Origin: Zygnema circumcarinatum SAG 698-1b
Taxonomy: Eukaryota > Plantae > Zygnematophyceae
Assembly (NCBI GenBank): GCA_037447605.1
Contig: CM074818.1
Coordinates: 434,001 to 498,000, forward strand
DNA: 64,000 nt
Direction: 5' to 3'
Shown here: positions 11,435 through 20,900 of the stretch, piece by piece
Numbering within the stretch: position 1 is the first letter of the stretch
Layout: the number at the start of each line of letters is the position of its first letter
Program-made: the position numbers and the translations under genes
Notes under the pieces: model-generated
Databases searched by the model: none
Told to the model about the DNA's origin: nothing
Seen by the model: only the letters and a program-made list of their open reading frames with translations

Positions 11435-12830
11435 GAGGGAGAGAGAGAGAGTGAGGGAGTGACTTATGTTTCAATCTCTTCCTTCCCCTTCCTTCCGACC
11501 TTTGAGGGCTTTCCGTAACCCTGTTTGATTTTTTGGAGCCTCTGCAGGATAACATTTTGCCGCAGTTAATGAACACTGCTGGTTCATATGACGATCTTTT
11601 CAAGCGAGAAGTGGCGAAATATGATCCCATTTGTCAGCAGGTGGACCGCAATATTAAAGAGCAGGAGAAGCTCCTGCAGGAGATCAAAGTAAGCCCCTTA
11701 TCTCTTATAATACTTTTTTTCATTCACTGGAGATTACCTCCACTTCTGTTTAGCTTCCTGCTTTTCTTTCCCATCTCCTTTCCCTCGTTTGGCTGTTGCG
11801 TCCATCAATCTTCAGATAAACAAGGAGAAGAGAGGGAGAGTGACAGAGTGAGGGAGTGAGAGGGGAGGAGAGAGAGAGACAGAGATACATGCTTCAAGTT
11901 CTCCCTTCTCCTACCCTTCCTACCTTCAAGGGCTTTTCCTGATCGCATTTTTGGGACTTCCGATTTGACCTTATGGTGAATCCTGTCCTTCTCTGACATA
12001 GATAGTCAACTGGTCATTCCTTTTCATTAGTTCATCTGTATATATAGATGTATGCTGCCATATCCCATTGGATGTAATATAAGATCATGAACTTATGCTG
12101 CAGACAAGCTCCCGTCTAGGATCTTTAAAATGACCAGATTGGATCAATTAGGGTTCCTGAAGTCTTCAATATTTTGGGGTGTATGGAATGTTATAACAGA
12201 CACAAAGTGAAGCGTTTGCTGCTGCTTTCAACCTGCAAGAACATAACGGTGAGCTTTTCTTCAAGTCACCAAATCAAAGCTTTAGAATCCATCAATCTAA
12301 ACAATGTCCTTTTTTCGTTTTATCTTTCTAAATAGCAAGCAATAGCAAGTTTGGAGGGTCGGTTAAATGTGAAAAGTCTTATTGTCAGCGCATTGTTAAA
12401 TATGAGCATCCCTGACGGAGTAAGTAGATCTTCCCCCCTCTCCCTCTCTCTCTCCCTCTGACTTTGTCCAACTTGCTGCTTTCCTAGATTTTGAAATGTT
12501 CTTATAGATAGTCTTCTTTGGGCGTGATGTATTCAGCGGCTCGCGAGAAAGTTCTGAAGCAGATCACAGCTGCAGTAGCGAAGTACCGAGAAATTCGAGA
12601 GAACATGAATGAAGGCCTCAAGTTCTATGTCACACTTCAGGTGCGTTTTTTGGAATTCAGATGCTTACCATTCCTTGCCACTTCCTTTTGGCTCTTGCAA
12701 TTTTTTTCCTCATACAGTAAGAACTATGCATAGTTCAAACTCAGTATGAATAGAGGAATGTGTGAGAGTTCTTACATCTCTCCCCCCCTCCCCTCCCTCT
12801 CGCTCTCTCTTTCTCTCTTCCTCACGCTCG

Positions 12831-12876
<46 letters not shown>

Positions 12877-12892
12877 TCTTCACGCTCGCTTT

Positions 12893-12956
<64 letters not shown>

Positions 12957-13636
12957 TTCTCCCCCCCCCCTCGCGCACTCTCTCTCTCTCTCTCTCTCTC
13001 ACACTCTCACTCTCTTTCCCCCTCTCCCCCCCCTTGGCACAGGACGCCATCACCAACCTGAAGCAGCAGTGCGGCGACTATGTGATGACTCGCTCCATCC
13101 AGTGCCGCGAAATGATGGAGGACCTCCAAAGGTCCATGGCGGGTCTCTCTGTCGCCGACTCCCACTCCCAATCCCGCACCTACCCCCCTCCTCCCCAACC
13201 CTCTCCCGAACCTGGCCGGCAAGGCCCGGGCGGAATCTTTCAGCACTTCTCCATGTTCGCTCAGAGGAACAATCAGCCTCAGCCTCAGCCTCAGCCGCCT
13301 CCTCCCTCTGCCTCCCATCCTCCACAGCAGGTACACCCCCCCCCATACTATGCTTCCATGCCTGAGAACCCTCCCCCCTCCTACCAGCAGCAGCAGCAGC
13401 AGCAGGCTCCCCCTCCCGCCTATGCCTCTCACCCTCCTCAATATGCTCATAGTTCTTACTATGGGCAGCAGCCTCCTGCTGCTCCTCCTCAGGCTGGCGG
13501 CTATGGATCCTACACCTCTCCTCCCCCTCCTCCTCAGTACTACCAGGGGCCTCCGGGATCCATGCAGACCGCCCCCCCTAATGCGCAATACCAGGCGCCC
13601 TACCAGGGCCCAGGAGGATACTACAGGCAGGGATGA
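9176..13636 (+). CDS. ALIX: ALIX / BRO1-domain ESCRT-associated protein (BRO1, V domain, proline-rich tail)
   Basis: Exons 9176-10798, 11031-11120, 11274-11342, 11548-11688, 12200-12248, 12537-12640, 13043-13636, all phase-consistent. Motifs LDMYKPLRQYI, FVWFDAF, FEKAGVIFNLAA, MLAQAQECF, KDNILPQLM, EGLKFYVTLQDAITNLKQQCGDYVMTRSIQCREM, then a Pro/Gln/Tyr-rich C-terminus. Confidence 0.95.
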
Positions 13637-14452
13637 GAGAGAGCGAGGGAGTGAGAGTCAGTGTGGGAGCGGGGGTCCTAAGTGAATATTGTGCATAGTG
13701 GGGGGGAGGGGAAGGGGGGAGGGGGAGAATAGAGTGGAGAGGTGGAGAGAAGCCAGTGAGGGTTGAGGAGATGGGGAGGGAGGCAGGGAGGAGTTAAATA
13801 GAGAGAGAGAGTAAGAGGGATGTGGGAAGAGAGACAATAAGGAGTTGGGTTTCAAGTCAAGGTAACGTTTGTTGGTAGGAGACATCTTTGGCGATGTGGG
13901 GAGGACTGAAACCACAGAAATGGACCCACCCCCCTCTGTGATGGGTTGAAGCCAATTTTGACTTGGCTTCTCTTGATTTTACTTTGACCCATTGGAAGGC
14001 TGCTAATCTGGTGGTGGGCGGTTCCATGAGACAGTGAAGTCGTTGCCGTTCTGTTTGCCAGAAAACATGTAAAGAATTAAATCCTGAAGTCCATTTAATT
14101 ACATATAAAATTTTAAACTGGCGAGAATTCAAAGTAGCAGTGAAGGCAGCAGAGCGAGCCGTTGTTTTTTTTCATGAAAGAACTTGCGACCGAAAATTCG
14201 CAACAACAACAAGAAGCAGTCTGGTTGGCCGACAGATGAAGGTAGAAAGAGAGAGGTCGTCATTCCGTACAAATGGCAATAGCAGCTCCGTGGAAGTTTC
14301 CACATGAAGGCAGACGGCTCGAACTGCGACTGCAACTGGAACTGTAACAATACTAGTGTGTTTTACCATACAGCTTTTGTCGTCATCCTCGTTGACTCGT
14401 GATTCCGTACAGCCGCTCCGCCTTCGAAAACTGATTGGGCTTCTGCCGATAT

Positions 14453-14630
14453 CAGTGCTGCATCGTATCGTACAATATCGTCATATCGGTGTAGTAACGT
14501 ATCGTATCTTATCGTATCGTGTATCATATTGAGGTGTTCCAGACAGTGGCGTATCGTTATAGAGTATCGAGAGAGTATATCGTTTCGTACCTTCTGTATC
14601 GCTTGAGATACACGATATGTTTCAGCACGG
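14453..14630. mobile_element. Putative short hAT-like MITE with TATCG/CGATA subterminal repeats
   Basis: Ends cagtgctg ... cagcacgg (7/8 inverted match), more than 10 internal TATCG motifs, only a degenerate 8-bp flank match (gccgatat vs tacggtat). Confidence 0.45.
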
Positions 14631-14963
14631 TACGGTATTTTCAGGATATCGCAGGTTTGCAGCTCACAAACTTAGTTTTTTGTAAAAAACATTCCGCCTC
14701 AGTTTGCAAGTTGGGAGCTTCGACCGCTGAAGAAACCGCAACCTTAAAGGCGTAGTCCTTCTTGCAAATTCGTAAAAAAAAAATATATATAAATAAAAAA
14801 AAAAAAAAGCGTCTGTGGACCCTGCTTGTAAATATAGTTCTTTCTTTTTTATTGAGAGAGACTGAGACTTGGTCGAAACCCATCCAGTTCTTCTTCACTT
14901 TTTTTTTTTGGATTTTTTTTCGTATTTCTGCCCTGAGACTGAAAGTTCCTTTGGAGGAAATCC

Positions 14964-15266
14964 ATGGCGTCGCTTTGCCTCACAACTCACCTAAAAATTT
15001 TCACCCCATTTTCCAAAATGGGAGGACCATTTCCAAAATTTGTTTTGGAAAGAAAATTTTTTCGAAGTAGATCATTGAAGGTAGAATTTTCGTTGGCAGG
15101 AAATTTCTTTCAGAAATGGCCCAGATATGTATTTTTTAATGGGGTTGAAAGTAGGGGTTTTGGGGCGGTAAAGGCACAGGCTGGTGCTTGGAAGGAGGTG
15201 ACAGATGCTGCGTCAGGGAAGGTGGGCAGACCTGTCATGTATAGATCGCTTGAAAGGAAGGAGATG

Positions 15267-15302
<36 letters not shown>

Positions 15303-17406
15303 AAAAGAGAGAGAGAGAGGGGGGAGAAGAGAGGGGGTGAGAGGGAGGGAGAGAGCAATGGCGAGAGAGAGAGGGGGGGAGAGAGACCGGGGGGGGAGGG
15401 AGAGAGACGGGCGAGAGAGGGAGAGAGGGGGATCGAGAGAGGGGGGGAAGAGAGAGGGGCAAGAGAGGGAGAGAGGGGTGGAGAGGCAGAGAGGGGGGGA
15501 TGATGGAGAGCGAGAGAGGTGGAGAGAGAGAGGGGGGGATTGAGAGGCAGAGACAGGGGGAGAGAGAGTGGGGGAAGAGAGAGAGGGTGGAGAGAGAGAG
15601 AGGGGGCAAGAGGGAGAGAAGGGGGAGAGAGAGGTAGAGAGCTAGAGAGAGCGAGAGAGAGAGATAGATAACGAGAGGGAGGTTAAGAAGGAGAGTGATA
15701 GAGAAGGAGAGAAATGAGGGGAGGTGGGTTTGCAGGTTTTTTGATGTTTATGTCAAGTGGGCTTTTTTCCTCAAGCAATTTTTGAATTGGGTTTTACCCC
15801 TTCTCCCTCTCCATCTCCTCCCCCATCCCTCCTCCCTCTTCCCTTCTCTTTCTCCCTCTCCCTCCTCCTTTCTCCCTTTCCTCTCTCCCTCCCCCCCTCT
15901 CTCTCTCTGTTTCTCTCTCTCTCTCCCTCTCTCTCCTTCTATCAGCCCTATTATTGGAATACCGCCACCAATGAAACCTCCTGGACACTGCCCGAAAGTG
16001 ACTCTTCTTCCGATGCTCAGCAGACTCCCAATGTACGCCCCACTTTCGAAACCCTAAAATCCTAAAAAAATTGGAATCCTATCCTCGCCCCTCTCATCTT
16101 TATCTCTAATTACTTACATTTTGTGAACAAAAAAATCCTTTTGGCGTCCTCATCTACTGCTCTATGCGCAGACCCTTCGATTGAAGATAATCCCCTTTTA
16201 ACCCTTCATTCTTCTCTATACACCCGCTCCCCCTGCCCCCTATTATTTCTACTTTCATTCTTAACTTTAGTCTCCTTTTTTTAAATTTTTGGGAGTTAAG
16301 TTTGATTTTCACATTTTGCGCAGGTGCCGAATGAAGAGGTGCTTGCCACCCTCCTTTCTGCCGACAGCGATCGATTCGGCGATGTTGCTGACCGCTTCAG
16401 GTCGGCCTATTACTTTTTTACTTTTCTTCTTTTTAGGGTTTTTCACTTTGATTCTTAACTCGCAAAAACTCGGCAGTTGGTTGGTTGGTCGGGTTATCGG
16501 TTGATGACTAACTTTTAGGACTATATCTTCATAGAGTGTAGTAAGCACATTACATTGTATTCCTTCCTATTCATTATGAATGTGTGGCTAAAAAAACCAA
16601 CCCTTGTTTCATAACTATGTGAATGCGAATGTATGAAGACACAGTGAGCATATGCGCACATCTATGTATGTATCATGTATGTTCAAGCAGGATCAGCCAA
16701 CAAAAAAGGAAAGACGTACTTTTAACATTTGTTCGTTTTGTATCCATTGGGGGGGTCAGGCCTCAATGCTTTGAAGACGAATTTTCAGACTTTTTGAATG
16801 CAAAAATTGACAGCACAAGCGATGCGGGGGAGAGGTAAGCAAGCGCCCACTTTTCTTCCTTCAGAAGAATTCGGGTGCAGGGTTTTAGCTTTTTTTTCTG
16901 TGATACATTGAAACCTCTTTAAAGGAATAGGTACTGAAATAATATAATAGTAATTATTTCTTCTATCAATGGTGCGAGCATAGGGTCCAAGTTCAGTCCA
17001 AATCAACGGTTCGATTTGATGTTCGTCTCTGTTCAAATGAATAGGATGAATTATTTTTGTAAAGAAACTTTTGTCTGTTTCTTTAGAGAGGCTTGACTGA
17101 ACTGAGGTTTTGACTTTAGACTTATGTTTCGACTTTAGAGAGGTTTGATTGAACTGAGGTTTTGACTTTAGATTTAGTTCTTGACTTTAGATTTAATTTT
17201 TGACTTTAGAGAGGTTTGACTGAACTGAGGTTCTCACTTTGGACTTAGGTTTTGACTTTGGAGAGGTTTGACTGAACTGAGGGTTTGACTGAAGTTAGGA
17301 TTTGACTTTAGAGTGGTGTTATGCTGGAAATGGGAACAGGGAACGTCTTGAAAAGTTGAGAGCCCGACTAGCGAATCCGCTGCTGAAAAATCCTCCGCCA
17401 TATTGA
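14964..17406 (+). CDS. Unannotated 187-aa protein: predicted plastid transit peptide + WW domain + helical domain + C-terminal PPPY
   Basis: Exons 14964-15221, 15946-16032, 16324-16400, 16760-16834, 17340-17406 have GT-AG boundaries and matching phases (564 nt). Exons 1+2 join into [28 protein letters not shown], a textbook WW motif. The N-terminus is MASLCLTT..., S/T/K/R-rich, with a VKA/QA cleavage-like site. Confidence 0.8.
17083..17312 (+). repeat. Intronic minisatellite (about 50-bp unit ctttagagaggtttgactgaactgaggttttgactttagattta..., about 4 copies)
   Basis: Repeated gagaggtttgactgaactgagg and ttttgactttaga blocks in intron 4 of the WW gene. Confidence 0.85.
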
Positions 17407-17990
17407 CGAGCCCACCATTTTATACTTTCGATTTTAGTCTTTGCTTGCTGTCTTATTCTCGGATTTTTCTCTTTTTGCTTTGCCTATAGCCTTCATCTCT
17501 GGTTATGTTCCTTCTCTTCTCTATCTTATTGTTGCAAATTTGAATGAATGTGAGGTTTTGTATGAGTCAACAAGGGAGAAAAAAGCACAAAATAGAACAA
17601 TGCTGTGGAATGCGATCACACCCAATAGGGCTTACATAGAGGAATTTAGGGTTTCTGGATCCTAAGCAGCTGCCAGAATCCGAAGTTAAGTAACATTTCT
17701 ATAAGACGGAAGGAGTTCTGAGGAGAAAGTTTAGAACTAATGAAAGGTTGAAAATTGCTTTACCTCGGCAATTCTACATTAGATTTGGGATTTAAATTGG
17801 GTAGTTAGGTTTTAACAACTGTAGGTTGAAGGGTTTCCTTTGAGACTGATCCTTATCAAAGGATCAGTCTCAGAGATAGTGTTGTTCCCTCTCACCTTAC
17901 AAAGCTTTAAATTGTTTATTGACTGGAAACCAGAATATCAGTAGCCGGAAGCTAGAAACTCGGAAACTAGAGATTTAGCGCAGGATAAGC

Positions 17991-20900
17991 TTAGACACCG
18001 AAAAGGATATAGAAGTGCAAAAAGAGGAAGAAGGCAATGCTGACGACACACGCCAAATGTTGGTAGAAGAGAACTGCCGAGACCTCTTTCTCACCAAAGC
18101 CACGCAGACTGCAGGCAGTGCCTGCGGGAGAGACATGGCATGCAGCGGTTATGGAAGAGTTCCCAACGGGAAATAGGGAGAGGGAGGGAAGGAAGATGGA
18201 GAAGGGATGAGGGAGGAGGGAGGAGAGTGGAGAAAAGTGGGAGGGAGAAGTATGGAGGGAGGAGAATGGACCGAGGAAAGAGAAGTCTAAAAGGAGGGAG
18301 GTGGAGAGAGGGATGGGGGAAGGGGTCAGAGAGGGAGGAGATAGGAGGGCGAGGAGGGAAATGAGAGAGGGAAGGTGGATGGGGGAGGGTCGAAGGAGGG
18401 AGGGAGGGAGACAGACTCCAGGTAGGAATGGAGAGATAGGGAGCGACGAAAGAAGATCGAAGAGGGGGACGGGGAGGGGAGGGAGATGGAGGAGGGGATA
18501 GATGAAAGCAGCATGAGAGAAATCAGCACGAGATGGAAGCAGCAGTCAAGGGAGAGGGAAAGGCAAAGAAAGAATCTCCAAAGAGCCTCAGGTTTACATG
18601 TGAACGCACCTAATTGAATGGATGATGGCATGGTATGCTGAAGGAAGAGAACGAATCGGAACATGGGGTCATCCGGAGGGAGCCATCCGAGATGGTCCGC
18701 CGTCAATACAATGCAAATTCCAATTGATGGAACAACCAGCAGGCGAGTAATAACCACCAGCACCGTCGTGGAAGTGGGCAGCTCCGAGGAGCCCGGACCT
18801 GAGGTCCCAACTTCCTGCCATTAGTACTTTCATTTATGTAATAAATGAATGCAATAGTAAGTTTAGGAATGTTCTACTGACAAGACTCGAGAGTCACTGC
18901 ATGCCGAAGTTGATAATCCTTAGTATACATGAACTGGTGTGAGCTTACTTTATCTGAATAAAACATCGATTGTGGTTACGGGAACTAACTTAACTAATTG
19001 GATCGTTACGTGGAGATTCGGAAACAAACTTGACTTTGTTAAGCATCCCTTGTGATTCCGAAAAGTAAAGACAACAATACAAACACGTGCAGGTTGAAGA
19101 GGCTACTGCAGCTCCCCTTCCTAGAATAAGAGCAACACTACCGCTCATTCTGGAGGATTGGCTTCCTACCGCCAACAAGGTTGCCTCCCAATACGAGGAG
19201 AATACAAGCGATCATGGCCTGCCTGTTCCGTTGAATCGAGTATTCCCAGCCCCAAGCACAGGCACACGCCCAACACCAAAATCAGAAGTTAGAGTATCCA
19301 CACTTCAAATCTATGAAACCTTAAGAACATGACTTTGCAGTTAGACTCGCAACGTGATTGCAATCTCTAGTTTTACTCCGCGCCTTCCCGACCTGTAAAT
19401 GAGTTTTACTCTATAAAACGGCCGATTCTGGGTCCTTAGTGACAATGACGAGATGTGAAGAGATGCTCAAACCAAGTAAGGCAATCTTCAAAAAAGAGGT
19501 GGTCTGTAAAAAATATGCGCACATATGATTGAAAAAAAATATGAGCGAAAAATATGCTCGTTAACTTACCCCATAATGCCGATGGAATCTGTCAAAAATC
19601 GAAGTGGGCCGTTTGGATCAAACATTATGAAATCGAGGATGGGCACCATCCCCATCAGCATAGCAGTGAACTGCAAGAGGGAGCATGGAGGCAATGTATT
19701 GGCTTGGCTTTCTGCAGCAACATTCTATTGATCTCCCACTTACCGAGAAGCCCCATCCATTCCTCCCTATCCATGCAGTAGAGACCTATTGGTAGGGGAG
19801 ACTTCATGTGCCTATTACAGCCAGTTTTGAGGCCACTCGGACATAGCCATAACAATGACATAGTCTGAAGCAACCATTATGTCTACATGAAAAACTATGG
19901 CTGACAGTTTTCCGACTATTCTCAGATCACAATAACGGTTTTTTGAAGCTTCCGGAGTTATGTGGTGACTGGGACAGCAATGTAGACCCTACTTATGTTG
20001 TTTAAGAGACATTACCGCAGCCAAAACAGGAGGTCGCAGAATATCGTAAATGTGGAGCGTCTCCATCCAATAGTTGAACTGCACGGAAATCACGAGAAAC
20101 TACGGATTAGCTTCAGCAGCTCGTTATTCAGTTGCTTCAATCCTTTAAGAACCAAGCATACTTGGGGTCTGAAATCAAATCGAATCTAACTCGTTCGATA
20201 GCAACTCAGAGTGGCCCAAACCCAAAAGACATGCTTTCATCCACTCAGCGTACCCCTCATTAGAGCAAAGAGCCAGAAGACTATAAAACAAGTTGAAACC
20301 CACAACAACCGAGTCAAAAGCCACAAAGGACTTACCTTGCTGTGCGCAATGAGGATCGTCTCCGAGGCTTTTCTGAAGGAACCCGAGGTTGCTTGTAGGA
20401 GGGGATGAGCGGATAGACCCACACGGGCCCCATATGGTTCTGGAGTTCCATTCTCCACTTGGTTCTCGGGGATTGGAGGAGGATGAGAATGGCTCTGTTC
20501 CTTCCCACGATGAGAACTATGATCTTGACTATGTTCCGGCAAGGGCTCATATCCAGGTAGCCATTCTTGTGGAGGAGCTACCACGTTGTACACAAAGCCC
20601 CACATAATGATAGCAGCCATCTGGAAAACAGAATTCAGAACACCCCAATTTTCCTCACAAAATAACCCAAAGGGTCCCTTCCAACAAACATCCATGTCGA
20701 GTATCTGCAAGTAAACAGAAGAAGCTAACATGAAAGACCAGCTTCAAAAATTTACTCACCCACATTCCCAGCGAGATGTAGGCAGTACCCATTTTGTCGC
20801 ACTGTAACGTATCGCCGAAAGGGTTGCGGGAGTCACTGCACACAGCAGAGAGAAGCACGAGGGGCATGTTTCCCATATTGCCTGCAAAGACGACTCCCCC

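Noticed and set aside
13330-13560. Several PPxY motifs in the ALIX tail next door to a WW-domain gene
   Set aside because: PPxY motifs are expected in a Pro/Tyr-rich tail, the predicted compartments differ, and eukaryotic adjacency is weak evidence.
14100-14420. Protein-like fragment MKELATENSQQQQEAVWLADR and nearby ORFs
   Set aside because: It is short and has no recognisable domain or splice context. It cannot be supported as a gene or pseudogene.
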